Shown: positions 32,459-44,436, counted from the stretch's first letter. The stretch is 64,000 nucleotides of DNA from Methanothermococcus sp. Ax23 (GCF_049075655.1 NZ_CP157522.1:1056001-1120000), one strand, 5' to 3'. Made by a program: numbers and translations. The notes: generated by a model from the letters alone, not told the origin.

Positions 32459-33139
32459 ATGTGTGAAGAAGTATGTTGTATTGGAGAATACAGAATGCCA
32501 TTAATAGGGGAGAAATTCCCTGAGGTAGAAGTTAAAACTACGCAAGGAGTTATAAAATTACCTAATCATTTTGAAGGTAAATGGTTTATTTTATTTAGCC
32601 ATCCTGCGGACTTTACCCCAGTTTGCACCACAGAATTTGTAGCATTTCAAAAGAGATATGACCAATTTAAGGAGTTAAATGCCGAATTAATAGGTTTAAG
32701 CATAGACCAGGTATTTAGTCATTTGAAATGGATTGAATGGATAAAAGATAATCTAGACGTTGACATTGAATTTCCAGTAATAGCAGATGATAGAGGGGAA
32801 TTGGCTGAAAGATTAGGCATGGTAAGTCCATATAAGGGCAATAATACAGTTAGGGCAGTATTTGTTGTAGATGACAAGGGAGCAATTAGGGCAATATTGT
32901 ATTATCCGCAAGAGGCTGGAAGAAATATCGATGAAATAATAAGATTGGTTAAAGCACTTCAAACATCCGATAAAGGAGTGGCACTTCCAGCGAACTGGCC
33001 TAACAATGATATAATCGGGGATAAGGTAATAGTTCCACCTGCTTCCACAGTTGAAGAAATGAATCAGAGAAAAGAAGCGGCTGAAAAAGGAGAAATAGAA
33101 TGCCTTGATTGGTGGCTTTGCTGTAAAAAATTAGAATAA
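32459..33139 (+). CDS. Peroxiredoxin (archaeal Prx6 type)
   Basis: [31 protein letters not shown]. Confidence 0.95.
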   Translation: MCEEVCCIGEYRMPLIGEKFPEVEVKTTQGVIKLPNHFEGKWFILFSHPADFTPVCTTEFVAFQKRYDQFKELNAELIGLSIDQVFSHLKWIEWIKDNLDVDIEFPVIADDRGELAERLGMVSPYKGNNTVRAVFVVDDKGAIRAILYYPQEAGRNIDEIIRLVKALQTSDKGVALPANWPNNDIIGDKVIVPPASTVEEMNQRKEAAEKGEIECLDWWLCCKKLE

Positions 33140-33165
33140 ATTATTCATATTTATTTTTTTGGTGA

Positions 33166-33411
33166 ATGAAAATGGTAGAAATTAAATTAGCTTGCAAATT
33201 AGATGACAGTTGTGAAAAACCAAAGTATAGGAAGTATAGGTGTAAAGTTTGCGGTTGGACATATGACCCGTTAAAAGGAGACCCTAGCCAAGACATTTCT
33301 CCAAAAACTCCATTTGAAGAGCTTCCGGACGATTGGATTTGTCCCATTTGCAGAGGTAAAGTTGGAAAAGAGTCCTTTGAGCCATTGGATGAATTAGTAG
33401 AATTTGACTGA
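33166..33411 (+). CDS. Rubredoxin with N-terminal extension
   Basis: YRCKVCGWTYDP...FEELPDDWICPIC. Confidence 0.93.
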   Translation: MKMVEIKLACKLDDSCEKPKYRKYRCKVCGWTYDPLKGDPSQDISPKTPFEELPDDWICPICRGKVGKESFEPLDELVEFD

Positions 33412-33419
33412 GGTAAAGT

Positions 33420-34007
33420 ATGAAAGAGACAATTACAAATTTAATAAAGGCATACATTGGGGAAAGCTTAGCTAGGAATAGATATACTTGCTATGCAAAA
33501 ATTGCAAAAAGTGAAGGATATGAACAGATTTCAGAGATATTTTTATTAACAGCAGAAAATGAAAGAGAGCATGCTAAATGGCTATTTTATTTAATCACCG
33601 AATTAAAAAAGAAATACAATGTTGATGAGGATTCAATAAAGGTAAATGATGTTGAAGTCCCTATTGTTTTAGGAAATACTGCTGAAAATTTAAGGGCTTC
33701 AATCGAAGGGGAACATTTTGAATATACTGAAATGTATCCAAAATTTGCCGAAATAGCAGAAAAAGAAGGATTAAACGACATTGCAGAAAGGCTGAGGGCA
33801 ATTGCAATTGCTGAAAAGCATCACGAGGGGAGATTTAAGAAATTGTTAAAAGAAGTTGAAAATGGAACAGTATTTAAGAAAGATGAATCTGTTGAGTGGG
33901 TTTGTAGGAAATGTGGCTACACTCACAAAGGGGATGAACCGCCAGAGGTGTGTCCATCTTGCAGCCATCCAGCGAAGTATTTTGAAATATTATGTGAAAA
34001 ATATTAA
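33420..34007 (+). CDS. rbr: Rubrerythrin
   Basis: GESLARNRY, ENEREHA, EKHH, CRKCG/CPSC. Confidence 0.95.
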   Translation: MKETITNLIKAYIGESLARNRYTCYAKIAKSEGYEQISEIFLLTAENEREHAKWLFYLITELKKKYNVDEDSIKVNDVEVPIVLGNTAENLRASIEGEHFEYTEMYPKFAEIAEKEGLNDIAERLRAIAIAEKHHEGRFKKLLKEVENGTVFKKDESVEWVCRKCGYTHKGDEPPEVCPSCSHPAKYFEILCEKY

Positions 34008-34076
34008 TTGTAAATTAATATTTATTACCATATATGTAAATTAAAATTAAAATCAAAAATAAGGGGGCGATATATT

Positions 34077-34427
34077 ATGAAAAATGCATTTTTAGTATTT
34101 TCTTACATGCACAACGATAAGCCGAACATGCCAGTAATGTTGCATGTGTTGCTATTTGCAAAGGAGATGAAGGAAAAGGGGGATGATGTGAAAATAATAT
34201 TTGAAGGCGAAGGTGTTAATTGGGCTAAGGATTTGCTAAATGAAGAGCATCCATTTTCAAACCATGCTAAGCCCTTAATGGATAATTTTGTAGTTTGTGA
34301 AGCATGTGCAAGCATGTTTGGCATATTGGATGATGTAAAAGATAAACTAAATGTTGAAAATGACTTATTCGGGCATGTAAGTTTAAAGAAGTATTTAGAT
34401 GAAGGTTTTGATGTAATTAAATTTTAA
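34077..34427 (+). CDS. DsrE-like protein
   Basis: VKIIFEGEGV and VCEACA. Confidence 0.72.
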   Translation: MKNAFLVFSYMHNDKPNMPVMLHVLLFAKEMKEKGDDVKIIFEGEGVNWAKDLLNEEHPFSNHAKPLMDNFVVCEACASMFGILDDVKDKLNVENDLFGHVSLKKYLDEGFDVIKF

Positions 34428-34504
34428 TTAACATTTTGGCTGTTTAGCCAAAATTTTTTATTTTATTTTTATTTTAATTTTTATTAATACTGCGTGGTGA
34501 TTTC

Positions 34505-35092
34505 ATGACACTAAGTTCAAAAAACTTTAATCCTGAGATTCCTAAAAAAGTTATTGAAGCTGGAAAGGATATACTAGGAGAAGACCATGTAAAGTCATTC
34601 CAAAGATGCTACCAGTGCGGAACATGCACGGGGGCATGTCCAAGCAGTAGAATAACGGCTTTTAAAACTAGGAAATTAATAAGAATGATTCTCAGCGGTT
34701 TAGATGTTTTTGATAGTGAAGATATGTGGATGTGCACAACATGCTATGAATGCTATGAAAAATGTCCAAGAGAAGTTAAAATAACTGATATTATAAAAGC
34801 CGCAAGAAACGTGGCATGTCAAATGGGGTTAATAGCTGAGGCACATAGAAAAACAACATTGTATGTTTATTTAACAGGTCATGCTGTCCCAGTAAATGAC
34901 GAGATAAAAGAAGTAAGAAAAAAGATTGGATTAACTGAAATCCCCCCAACAACCCACAAATACCCTGAGGTTTTGGAGGATATAAGGGGACTTATGAATG
35001 ACTTAGAGCTCTGCGATAAGGTAGGAATTTGTCCAACAACAAAAAAATTAAAAGAGCTTAAACCTATGAGATGGGAAGATTTAAGCGAATAG
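34505..35092 (+). CDS. hdrC: Heterodisulfide reductase subunit C paralog
   Basis: [38 protein letters not shown]. Confidence 0.9.
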   Translation: MTLSSKNFNPEIPKKVIEAGKDILGEDHVKSFQRCYQCGTCTGACPSSRITAFKTRKLIRMILSGLDVFDSEDMWMCTTCYECYEKCPREVKITDIIKAARNVACQMGLIAEAHRKTTLYVYLTGHAVPVNDEIKEVRKKIGLTEIPPTTHKYPEVLEDIRGLMNDLELCDKVGICPTTKKLKELKPMRWEDLSE

Positions 35093-36283
35093 GTGATGTA
35101 TTTGGCAGTTAAAATAAAAGACGGGATATACTGGGTTGGTTCAGTGGATTGGGAAGTCAGAGAGTTTCATGGATATGAAACTTCAAAGGGGAGCTCATAT
35201 AATTCATACTTAATAGTGGATGAAGAAAATGTTTTAATTGACTCTGCAAAACATTACATGTTTGAAGAGCTCATGGAAGGAATTTCATCAGTAATTGACC
35301 CAATGGATATTGACTACATAGTGGTAAATCATGCAGAAAAAGACCACAGCGGGTGTATTGATAAAATTGTTAAATTGTCTGGTGCAAAGGTCATCACAAA
35401 TGAAAAAGGGAAGGAACATTTAGAGCTCCAATTTAACACAGAGGATTGGGAGTTTATAATAGTAGATACTGGCGATGAGATAAACATTGGAAAAAGAACT
35501 TTAAAATTCATAAAAACCCCAATGCTTCATTGGCCTGACAACATGATTACCTACTGCATTGAGGATAAAATTTTATTCTCCAATGATGCCTTTGGACAGC
35601 ATGTAGCAACGTCGGAAAGATTTGACTATGAAGTTGAAACTATTGAAGAGATTTTTGAAGATGCGAAGGAATATTTTGCAAATATACTATTGCCCTATAA
35701 AATGCTCATACCCAATGCAATTAATGCTGTAAAAGGTTTAGATATTGACTATATTTGCCCATCCCACGGATTAATATGGAAAGAAAAAATAGAAGAAATT
35801 TTAAATAGATATATGAAGTGGTCATCAGGGGAGTGTAAAAATAAGGCTGTAATAGCTTATGATAGCATGTATGGTTCAACTAAAAAAATGGCACATGCCA
35901 TAGGAAGTGGATTGTCAGATGAGGGTGTTGAAGTAAAAATTTATAATATCTCCGGAACTCCAATGAATACAATAATGAAAGAGATTTTAGATGCAAAATA
36001 TATCTTAATCGGCTCCCCAACATTAAACTCAAACGTATATCCCCCAGTTGCAATGTTTTTAGCATATATGGAAGGATTAAAACCAGCAGATGGTAAAATA
36101 GCAGTAGCGTTTGGTTCTTACGGATGGATGGAAATGGCAACTGAAATTATAAAGAAATCCTTTGAAAAATTAAACTTTAAAGTTGTCGATGATGAATGCT
36201 TAAAGTGTAGATTTGTTCCAAAGGAAGAGTATATAAAAAAATGCTATGAATTTGGAAAAAAACTATCAGAAATTGAAAATTAG
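35093..36283 (+). CDS. fprA: Flavodiiron protein (F420H2 oxidase/FprA family)
   Basis: HAEKDH, HWPD, DAFG, PSHG; flavodoxin SMYGST. Confidence 0.95.
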   Translation: MMYLAVKIKDGIYWVGSVDWEVREFHGYETSKGSSYNSYLIVDEENVLIDSAKHYMFEELMEGISSVIDPMDIDYIVVNHAEKDHSGCIDKIVKLSGAKVITNEKGKEHLELQFNTEDWEFIIVDTGDEINIGKRTLKFIKTPMLHWPDNMITYCIEDKILFSNDAFGQHVATSERFDYEVETIEEIFEDAKEYFANILLPYKMLIPNAINAVKGLDIDYICPSHGLIWKEKIEEILNRYMKWSSGECKNKAVIAYDSMYGSTKKMAHAIGSGLSDEGVEVKIYNISGTPMNTIMKEILDAKYILIGSPTLNSNVYPPVAMFLAYMEGLKPADGKIAVAFGSYGWMEMATEIIKKSFEKLNFKVVDDECLKCRFVPKEEYIKKCYEFGKKLSEIEN

Positions 36284-36370
36284 GGACAATAAAATAAAAT
36301 TATATATTATATATAATATATAAAAAAATATATAATAACTGTAAATATTCAAAATAGGGAGGAGATAAAT

Positions 36371-36658
36371 ATGATAACAACAAACCACCCGTTATATGAA
36401 TCATTAAAGGATATTCAAGATTTTAAATTAAAATTGGCTGAATTCTTTAAAGATAAGGACGTATTTCCAATAAAGAGCAAAGTTGAGTTAGCAAATGCAT
36501 TGCCTTGTGGTTTATCATTGCCTTGTGGGGATATTGAAGCAGGGGAGTTAGTTAAATTAATGACTGATGCAGATTTTCCAATAAAAGACTACGAGGATTT
36601 GGCAATAAAGTTATCCAACAAATGTGTAATTGAAAAGAAGGAAAAAGAAGAAATGTAA
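36371..36658 (+). CDS. MTH865-like small protein
   Basis: FPIKSKVELANALPCG...AGEL...DFP. Confidence 0.7.
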   Translation: MITTNHPLYESLKDIQDFKLKLAEFFKDKDVFPIKSKVELANALPCGLSLPCGDIEAGELVKLMTDADFPIKDYEDLAIKLSNKCVIEKKEKEEM

Positions 36659-36728
36659 TTAATATTTTTATTTTATTTTTTATATTATGGTTAATCCATT
36701 CTTTCGTATATTTAGATATGGTGAAATA

Positions 36729-37316
36729 ATGAAAATCTTTGGTATAAGTGGAAGTCCGAGATTACAGGGAACTCATTATGCAGTAAATTATGCATTGGAT
36801 TATTTAAAAGAAAAGGGGTGTGAAATTAAGTATTTTTCAGTTGCTCGAAAAGAAATAAAATTCTGTATGCACTGTGATTATTGTATAAGAAAAAAAGAGG
36901 GCTGTATTCATAAGGACGATATGAATGAAGTTTATGAAAATTTAATATGGGCGGATGGAATAATAATGGGGACACCAATTTACCAGGGAAATATTACTGG
37001 ACAGTTAAAAACCGTAATGGATAGATGCAGGGCAATAGTTGCGAAAAATCCAAAGGTTTTGAATGGTAAGATTGGAATGGGTATAGCAGTTGGAGGAGAC
37101 AGAAACGGTGGGCAGGAAATAGCTTTAAGGACAATCCATGACTTTTATATAATAAATGAAATGATTCCAGTAGGTGGAGGTTCATTTGGTGCAAATTTGG
37201 GTGCAACTTTCTGGTCAAAAGATAAAGGAAAAGATGGCATTATGAAAGATGATGAAGGGTTGAGAGTTTTAAGAAAAACTTTAAATAAATTTTTAAACAT
37301 ACTATCTAAAAGATAA
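36729..37316 (+). CDS. Iron-sulfur flavoprotein (Isf family)
   Basis: GSPR, CxxCxxCx6C, GTPIY, GGQE. Confidence 0.9.
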   Translation: MKIFGISGSPRLQGTHYAVNYALDYLKEKGCEIKYFSVARKEIKFCMHCDYCIRKKEGCIHKDDMNEVYENLIWADGIIMGTPIYQGNITGQLKTVMDRCRAIVAKNPKVLNGKIGMGIAVGGDRNGGQEIALRTIHDFYIINEMIPVGGGSFGANLGATFWSKDKGKDGIMKDDEGLRVLRKTLNKFLNILSKR

Positions 37317-37376
37317 GTAGATTAATATCATTATATATGAATTTTTATAAAAAATAAAATAAAAAAGTGTGGTTTC

Positions 37377-37940
37377 ATGGTTAAAATTGCATGGGGCATT
37401 ACCGGATGCGGAGATAAAATAGAGGAAATAGTTCATCTGATGATTGAATTAAAGAATAAATATAATTTGGATATAGATATATACGCATCAAAAAGTGCGA
37501 AGGTTGTTTTAAAGTGGTATAAACTCTGGGATTTGATGATGGATGAATTCTATGACATTAGGGTGGAAGTAGATGCAAATGCTCCCTTTTTACCGGGAAA
37601 ACTGCAAACTGGAAAATATGATATATTTATCGTAGCTCCGACGACTGCAAACACCGTTGCAAAGGTGGCACATTGTATTGCCGACACACTCATCACAAAT
37701 TCAATTGCTCAGGGCGTTAAAGCGAAGGTTCCAACATATATTTACCCGCCAGATAATAAAATTGGGGAAATTGAAACAATAATCCCAAGTGGAAAAACTT
37801 TAAAGTTATATATTAGAAAGGAAGACGTAGAAAATGTTAATAAATTAAGAGAAATGGACGGCATAACAATTTTGGATAGTGTGGATGAGATAAAAGAAAC
37901 GATTTTAAAATATGTGGAACATAAAAAGGATAATGAGTGA
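37377..37940 (+). CDS. afpA: Archaeoflavoprotein AfpA
   Basis: AWGITGCG, PTTANTVAK, ADTLITN. Confidence 0.88.
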   Translation: MVKIAWGITGCGDKIEEIVHLMIELKNKYNLDIDIYASKSAKVVLKWYKLWDLMMDEFYDIRVEVDANAPFLPGKLQTGKYDIFIVAPTTANTVAKVAHCIADTLITNSIAQGVKAKVPTYIYPPDNKIGEIETIIPSGKTLKLYIRKEDVENVNKLREMDGITILDSVDEIKETILKYVEHKKDNE

Positions 37941-38004
37941 TTAATTATAAAATACTTTTTTCATGTTTCATACGCATCCACTAAAAATGAAGAAAGGTGA
38001 TTAA

Positions 38005-38745
38005 ATGCTAAAAATTGAAAATTTATGTGTTAAAATAGGTGATAGGGAAATTTTAAAGGACATCAACTTGAATATCAATACCGGTGAAACCCATGTTTTA
38101 TTTGGTCCAAATGGGGCAGGTAAATCAACATTAATAAATACAATACTGGGAAATCCAAAATATGAAATTGTAAGCGGTAGTATTTATTTTAAAGGAAAGG
38201 ATATTACCGATATGCCAATGCATGAGAGGGCAAAACTTGGGATAGGTATATCCTATCAAAGTCCGCCAGCAATTCCCGGAGTAAAGTTGAAAAATCTTTT
38301 AAATATAATTTCAAATAGAGATTGGAATGAAATTGAAAAAATGGCTGAGATATTAAATTTTAAAGATTTCCTTGAAAGAGAAGTAAATGTTGGATTCTCA
38401 GGCGGTGAGGCAAAAAGGTCTGAATTACTTCAAATATATGCTCAAAATCCTGATTTTATAATGTTCGATGAGCCAGATAGCGGTGTAGATGTAGAAAATG
38501 TGGAATTAATTGGAACCCTTATAAATGAATTACTTGATAAAAACAAAATGCCAAGTGATAGAAAAAAATCTGGTTTAATAATTACACATATGGGCCATAT
38601 TTTAAACTTTATGGATGTAGATAGAGCTCATGTTCTCTATGATGGAGTTGTAGCTTGTTCAGGTCATCCAAAAGAAATTCTTAATAACATAATTAAATAC
38701 GGATATGAGAGGTGTGTAGCATGCTATCAAAAGAGAAAGCACTAA
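38005..38745 (+). CDS. sufC: Fe-S assembly ATPase SufC (SmsC)
   Basis: [22 protein letters not shown]-terminal CxxC. Confidence 0.93.
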   Translation: MLKIENLCVKIGDREILKDINLNINTGETHVLFGPNGAGKSTLINTILGNPKYEIVSGSIYFKGKDITDMPMHERAKLGIGISYQSPPAIPGVKLKNLLNIISNRDWNEIEKMAEILNFKDFLEREVNVGFSGGEAKRSELLQIYAQNPDFIMFDEPDSGVDVENVELIGTLINELLDKNKMPSDRKKSGLIITHMGHILNFMDVDRAHVLYDGVVACSGHPKEILNNIIKYGYERCVACYQKRKH

Positions 38746-39941
38746 AAATAAAGGAAATTGCTGAAAAATATAAGGATGTTCCAGCACCATATGGGGAAGA
38801 TATAAACCTTGGAGAATACAAGATAGAAAAAGGCGGTATATCAGTAGATTCATTGATGGAGCTCGACGAAGAGTATAAATCCAAACTTGAAAGCATTGGT
38901 ATAGATATTGAAGAGAAGAGCTCCGCTGGTTCATACTTGCAGATAAACAATAAGGCAGTTTATTCAAAAACAGACTCAAAAATTGAAATGATGCCTATCT
39001 CAGAGGCATTAAAAAAATATGATTTGGATGATTACTACTGGAATCTTGTTGAGATTAAGGACAAATACTCAGCAAGAGCCGCATTGGAATTAACAGAAGG
39101 ATTTTTCATAAGAGTTCCAAAGGGAGTTAAAGAAACAATACCACTTCAAACATGCCTTTTGATTGGTGAGGAGAGCTCATCCCAAAATGTTCATAATATT
39201 ATAATTGTTGAGGAAGGGGCTGAGTTAAATGTAATTACTGGATGTGCAACTTCCTCACATGTAAAATCAGGGCTTCACATTGGAGTTTCTGAATTCTATG
39301 TAAAAAAAGATGCAAAATTGACATACACTATGATACACGACTGGGGCGAAAATGTCCATGTGAGGCCAAGAACTGGGGTGCATATTGAAGAAAATGGTGT
39401 ATTTATAAGCAACTATGTTGTTATGTCCCCTGTAAAATCAATTCAAAGCTACCCAACCGCATATTGCGTGGGGGATAATTCAAAGGCAACATTCCAAACA
39501 GTAGCTTATGGAAAAGGAAACTCAAAAATGGATATGGGTTCAAGGGTTGTTCTATCTGGAAAAAACAGTAGTGCAGACATGATTTCAAGAACTATTGTCG
39601 TGGATAATGCTGAAATAATAGCAAGAGGGCATCTTATTGGGGAAAGTGAAAATGTGAAAGGACATTTGGAATGTAGAGGTCTAATTTTATCAGATAATGC
39701 GCACCTTCATGCAGTCCCTGAATTAGATGCTAGAAAGACAAACCTTGATTTATCACATGAGGCAGCTGTTGGAAAAATTGCAGAAAACCAGCTAATGTAT
39801 TTAATGTCAAGAGGTTTAACAGAGGATGAAGCAACATCTTTAATTATAAAAGGATTTTTAAGCGTGGATATATCAGGACTTCCGCCAAAACTTGCAAAAT
39901 CTGTTGAGCAGATAATGGAAATGACCCTTGATGCATTGTAA
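38721..39941 (+). CDS. sufB: Fe-S assembly scaffold SufB/SufD family (SmsB)
   Basis: [24 protein letters not shown]. Confidence 0.93.
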   Translation: MLSKEKALKIKEIAEKYKDVPAPYGEDINLGEYKIEKGGISVDSLMELDEEYKSKLESIGIDIEEKSSAGSYLQINNKAVYSKTDSKIEMMPISEALKKYDLDDYYWNLVEIKDKYSARAALELTEGFFIRVPKGVKETIPLQTCLLIGEESSSQNVHNIIIVEEGAELNVITGCATSSHVKSGLHIGVSEFYVKKDAKLTYTMIHDWGENVHVRPRTGVHIEENGVFISNYVVMSPVKSIQSYPTAYCVGDNSKATFQTVAYGKGNSKMDMGSRVVLSGKNSSADMISRTIVVDNAEIIARGHLIGESENVKGHLECRGLILSDNAHLHAVPELDARKTNLDLSHEAAVGKIAENQLMYLMSRGLTEDEATSLIIKGFLSVDISGLPPKLAKSVEQIMEMTLDAL

Positions 39942-40114
39942 TTCTCTTTTATTTTTTTATTTTTTTAGTTTTTTAATTTCGCATGATATTCGGGAAATTA
40001 AGTAGAGCTCTTTTAAATTTAATATTGCAGTTCGTTTAAATTATAGATTACAATATATAAATATAAAATAACCTAAATTGTTAATGGCTAAAAATCTAAA
40101 AAAAAGAAATAAAA

Positions 40115-40303
40115 TTATTTTTGCTGTTTATTTTGATGGTATATAGGAGTCCATTTTAATTTTCTTGCAACTCTTTTGAGTTTAAAGTTTTTTTCACATT
40201 TTGATGAGCAGAAAAACATAACGGAACCGTCTTTTTTCACATATTTTTTTCCAGTTCCAGGCTCAATTTTTCCGCCACAAAAACTACATGTTTTCCATTC
40301 CAT
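40115..40303 (-). CDS. rpl24e: 50S ribosomal protein L24e
   Basis: CSFCG...IEPGTG...FCSSKC. Confidence 0.96.
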   Translation of the reverse strand: MEWKTCSFCGGKIEPGTGKKYVKKDGSVMFFCSSKCEKNFKLKRVARKLKWTPIYHQNKQQK

Positions 40304-40313
40304 GTTATTCACC

Positions 40314-40541
40314 TTATCTTCTTCTACCTAGTGGCTTTGCTTCTCTTTCTGTTTCTCTGAGCATTATAATATCCCCAACTTTAACAGGACCTTTAACATT
40401 TCTTGTTAAAATTCTTCCGGTGTCTTTTCCACCGAGAATTTTACATCTTACCTGAAATATCTCTCCTGTCACACCGGTTCTTCCGCTTACTTGGAGAACT
40501 TCTGCGGCTGTTGCCTCTTTATAGACCATGTCATCAGACAT
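40314..40541 (-). CDS. rps28e: 30S ribosomal protein S28e
   Basis: [21 protein letters not shown]. Confidence 0.97.
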   Translation of the reverse strand: MSDDMVYKEATAAEVLQVSGRTGVTGEIFQVRCKILGGKDTGRILTRNVKGPVKVGDIIMLRETEREAKPLGRRR

Positions 40542-40570
40542 TTAATCACCTATCCATATAATTTATTAAA

Positions 40571-40924
40571 TTATGCTTTTAAAGCGTTTATTTTTTCTAC
40601 TAATTCATTTAATGCGTTTGAATCTCCCTCAGCTACAACTGCAACTGCGGATGTTGGAACTTCTAAACCAATAGCTTTTCCTAAATCTTCTTTTGTAGCT
40701 ACATAGGTGTAAGGAATACCTTTTTCTTCGCAAATTACAGGTATGTGAGCAACGATTTCTTCTGGCTGAACGTCTTTTGCTAATACAACCAATTTAGCAT
40801 TTCCTCTTTCTACTGCTTTTGTTACTTCGTTTGCTCCTTTTTTAACTTTTTCTGATTTTGAAATTACTTCTACTGTTTTTTCTTCTATTTCTTGTGGAAC
40901 ATCAAATTTTACATAGATAGCCAT
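40571..40924 (-). CDS. rpl7ae: 50S ribosomal protein L7Ae
   Basis: [24 protein letters not shown]. Confidence 0.97.
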   Translation of the reverse strand: MAIYVKFDVPQEIEEKTVEVISKSEKVKKGANEVTKAVERGNAKLVVLAKDVQPEEIVAHIPVICEEKGIPYTYVATKEDLGKAIGLEVPTSAVAVVAEGDSNALNELVEKINALKA

Positions 40925-41264
40925 AATATGACCTCCTTCATTTTTAAAAATCGTTTTTTATCCGGATTATGCCCACTCATATCATCATGGTATTAAAAAG
41001 AGTGGCTAGTGCTATATCATTTAAAGTAATATATATAAGTTGTGGTTTGACATGTTTTGAGATTTAACTATAAATGTAAATATTTAAGCATATTTTTTAA
41101 TATAATTAAGTTTCGTCTTAATCAAAATAGAAATTTATATATATTACCACATTTACAATTAAATTGTATTTCGTTAATAAATGATATATTATGTAATTAA
41201 ATATAATTAACAAATATAGTTGATAAACGTGGCTGTATGACAGTAATACATTTTCGGTGAGTTT

Positions 41265-41834
41265 ATGGAAATTATTCTAAAAAAATTGGAAAATCATGAA
41301 ATGAATAAACAGGTAAAAAAAGTCATTGATTTTCACGGTTGTTTGAGTCCCGGGGCATTGATAGGTATTTACATGTTCAATTTGGCAAAAAAAATTCTAA
41401 ACATCAATGATGGAGAACGAATGTATGCAACATGTGAAACCTATAACTGCCTTCCTGATGCATTCCAAGTTCTTGGGGGATGCACAATAGGAAATAAAAG
41501 ATTAAAAGTAATAGATACTGGAAAAATGGCAGTTTCAGTAAATACAATTGGAAAAGAAGGGGAGAATATAAAAGGCGTTAGAATTATTCTCGACAATAAA
41601 AAAACGGCCAATTACTCCGCCCTTCATCCTTGGTATATGAATACAAAAAAGGTTCCTTATGATGATGTGATATTGGATATTATTGATGCCGGAGAATCAG
41701 TATATTCTTATGAATTTATAGATGTTGCGGTGCCGGTTAAATTCAAAAAACGAATAGAATTATGCGATATTTGCCAAGAACCATTTGTTTCATACAATGG
41801 GGAGAAGATATGCCTAACTTGTTCGAATAAATAA
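41265..41834 (+). CDS. fmdE: Formylmethanofuran dehydrogenase subunit E family protein
   Basis: FHGCLSPG, CLPDAFQ, CTIGN, C-terminal Zn finger. Confidence 0.9.
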   Translation: MEIILKKLENHEMNKQVKKVIDFHGCLSPGALIGIYMFNLAKKILNINDGERMYATCETYNCLPDAFQVLGGCTIGNKRLKVIDTGKMAVSVNTIGKEGENIKGVRIILDNKKTANYSALHPWYMNTKKVPYDDVILDIIDAGESVYSYEFIDVAVPVKFKKRIELCDICQEPFVSYNGEKICLTCSNK

Positions 41835-41851
41835 TAATTATTGGTGATACG

Positions 41852-43075
41852 ATGGATACAATCACGCTTATTCCAAAAAATAATATTGACATGCCAATTG
41901 AGGCTGATGTAATTTCCCCCGATGTTTTTGCAAATAAAACCCTTGATGAAATAAAATCATTGCTTGTTTGGCAGGGGAACACAAGAGTTCCTTTATCAGA
42001 ATTTTTTGAAATTAAAGGAGAGAATGTTCCTTCAAAAGAGCCCACCATTGTAATAGACGGAGATGTTAGCAAGGTAAAATATATCGGCTCAAAAATGAGC
42101 TCCGGTAAGATAGTAATAAATGGCAATGTTGGCATACAGTTGGGATATGAAATGAAAGGTGGAGAGATTATAGTAAATGGAGAGGCTGGCAGATTCGTAG
42201 GAAGTGAAATGAAAGGCGGTAAAATCCACATAAAAGGAAACGCAGGAGATTATATAGGCTGTGCATACCGAGGAGATTGGAGAGGAATGAGAGGAGGCAC
42301 AATAATCATTGAAGGAAATGCTGGAAACAACATTGGTGGAGGGGCTCTTAAAGGAGAAATAATTATAAAAGGAAATGTCGGTCAGTTCTGTGGTATCAAC
42401 CTGAGGGGTGGAAAAATCGTCATTGGTGGCGGTGCTGAAAGAAATGTTGGTGCTGAAATGATTAAAGGAGAGATTATAATTTGTGGAACTATTGATAAAT
42501 TCCACCCTGGTTTTGAATTAGTTGAAGAAGTGGATGGAAAGGAGCTCGGTTTGGATGGAACATTCCTTAAATTCACAGGGGATAACTCCATGAAAAAACC
42601 AAAAGGAGTTTTATATGCTTCAAAAGAACATAACAAGCATCTTATAGGATTAGAGTCCAGAACTGAAAATTATATAATCGGAAAAAACAAAATTGAGGCA
42701 GTATTTAACTCAGGAAGCACTATTGTGCAGGGTGCAATTATCAAAGGGGGAGACAAATTCACAAAAGAATATATTGAAGTGTGTGCAGTTTGCCACATCC
42801 ACCCTGATGATTACAACATATTGGGACAACCCCAAAAAGTTAGGATTTCAAGAAAAGGATATGGCGTGGTTGTGAGAGCTCTCCCTGATGATGACCTTCA
42901 AAGAGGTAATGTCTTTATACCAAGAAGTATTTGGGCAAATGTTGTGGCAGACCCATATACCGAGGGTTCTGGCTCTCCAAACTATAAGGGATGTAAAGTA
43001 ATTGTTGAACCTGCTTCTGATGATGAAAAAATACTGAGTGCAGAAGAGATATTGGAATCCTATGGGGTGAAATAA
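41852..43075 (+). CDS. fmdC: Formylmethanofuran dehydrogenase subunit C with fused D-like domain
   Basis: GXGXG beta-helix repeats followed by a molybdopterin-binding D-type domain (FIPRSIWAN...GSPNYKG). Confidence 0.9.
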   Translation: MDTITLIPKNNIDMPIEADVISPDVFANKTLDEIKSLLVWQGNTRVPLSEFFEIKGENVPSKEPTIVIDGDVSKVKYIGSKMSSGKIVINGNVGIQLGYEMKGGEIIVNGEAGRFVGSEMKGGKIHIKGNAGDYIGCAYRGDWRGMRGGTIIIEGNAGNNIGGGALKGEIIIKGNVGQFCGINLRGGKIVIGGGAERNVGAEMIKGEIIICGTIDKFHPGFELVEEVDGKELGLDGTFLKFTGDNSMKKPKGVLYASKEHNKHLIGLESRTENYIIGKNKIEAVFNSGSTIVQGAIIKGGDKFTKEYIEVCAVCHIHPDDYNILGQPQKVRISRKGYGVVVRALPDDDLQRGNVFIPRSIWANVVADPYTEGSGSPNYKGCKVIVEPASDDEKILSAEEILESYGVK

Positions 43076-44436
43076 TGAAAGAAGTTTATAGAAGTCTTAT
43101 ATGTCCCGTCTGTGGCGGTGCATGTGATGATATTGAAGTAGAATTTGACTCTGAAAAGGAAGAAATAGTTGTTAAAAATGCCTGTAAAATGGGTGCGGCA
43201 AAATTTAAAGAGGTTTATAGTCATCACAGAATCAGAACTCCTCAGATAAAAAAAGATGGGAAATTTGAAAATGCAAGCTGGGATGAAGCTTTGGATAAAG
43301 CGGCTGAAATACTGGCAAATGCAAAAAGACCACTGTTTTTCATAGGAAGTGAAACATCGACAGAGGCGATGAGAGTTGGATTACACATGGCTGAGTATTT
43401 AAGGGGAGTGGCTGATTCAAACGCAACTATATGACACGGACCTACACTTATGGGAATTCAGGAATCCGGAATTTCTGGTTCCACAGCAGGAGAAGTAACA
43501 AATAGAGCAGACCTAGTGGTGTATTGGGGAACCAATCCAATGGACTCAATGCCTAGGCATCTGTCAAGATATGCGGTATATCCAAGAGGGTTTTTTAGAG
43601 AAAGGGGGAAACGAGATAGGTTTGTAGTTACAGTAGACCCGAGAAGAACAGCCACGGCAAAGGCATCTGACCTGTATATTCCTATAAAACCTAACTCCGA
43701 TTATGAAGCATTTGCGGCAATATTAACAATATTAAAAGGAAAGGAGCCACATCCTTCTGTGGAAGAAATCACAGGAATACCTATTGAAACCCTTAAAGAT
43801 TTGGCACATAAAATGACCACATGTCAGTTCGGAGCTCTCTACGGTGGATTGGGATTGCCTGCATCAAGAGGAAGGAACAGGAATATTGAAATGATTATGA
43901 AGGTAGTGGCTGAGATTAATAAATATACAAAATTCACCATAGGAGCAATTAGAGGACACTGTAATGTGGCAGGGTTCAACCAAATTGCATCCTGGATGTA
44001 TGGATTCCCATTTGGTGTGGATTTCCTGAGAGGATACCCAAGATTCAACCCAGGGGAAACTACAACAGTTGATTTATTACTCAACAAAGAAGTGGATGCC
44101 GTATTTGTAATGTGTGCTGATTTAGGAGCTCACCTGCCAAAAGAGTGTGTTGAGTATTTGAAAAATGACATTCCTGTGATTTGTGTAGATATAGCACCAT
44201 GTCCTACAACATCATTGGCTGATGTGGTGTTGCCGGGCGTAATTGATGCTATGGAGTGCGATGGAACATTTTACAGATTTGACAATATCCCTATCAACTA
44301 CAAGCCATTTACAAAATCTCCATTCCCATTCACAAAAAGCAACGAAGACACATTAAAACAGTTGTTTGAAAAAATAAAAGAAAAAGTAAATAACAATCCT
44401 GAAAGAACAGCGGATGATGTGAGAATAGAAGTTTAA
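43075..44436 (+). CDS. fmdB: Formylmethanofuran dehydrogenase subunit B, selenoprotein (UGA at 43432-43434)
   Basis: ORFs 43075 and 43450 share a frame; NATI-UGA-HGP places the UGA at the Mo/W-ligand Cys/Sec position; CPVCGGACDD, RGHCNVAG. Confidence 0.92.

Noticed and set aside
34435-34454. TTTTGGCT-GTTT-AGCCAAAA hairpin followed by a T tract
   Set aside because: Ordinary terminator-like element.
43075-44436. Treating fmdB as two genes or as a simple nonsense pseudogene
   Set aside because: The UGA falls exactly at the known Sec/Cys ligand site, so read-through is more parsimonious.
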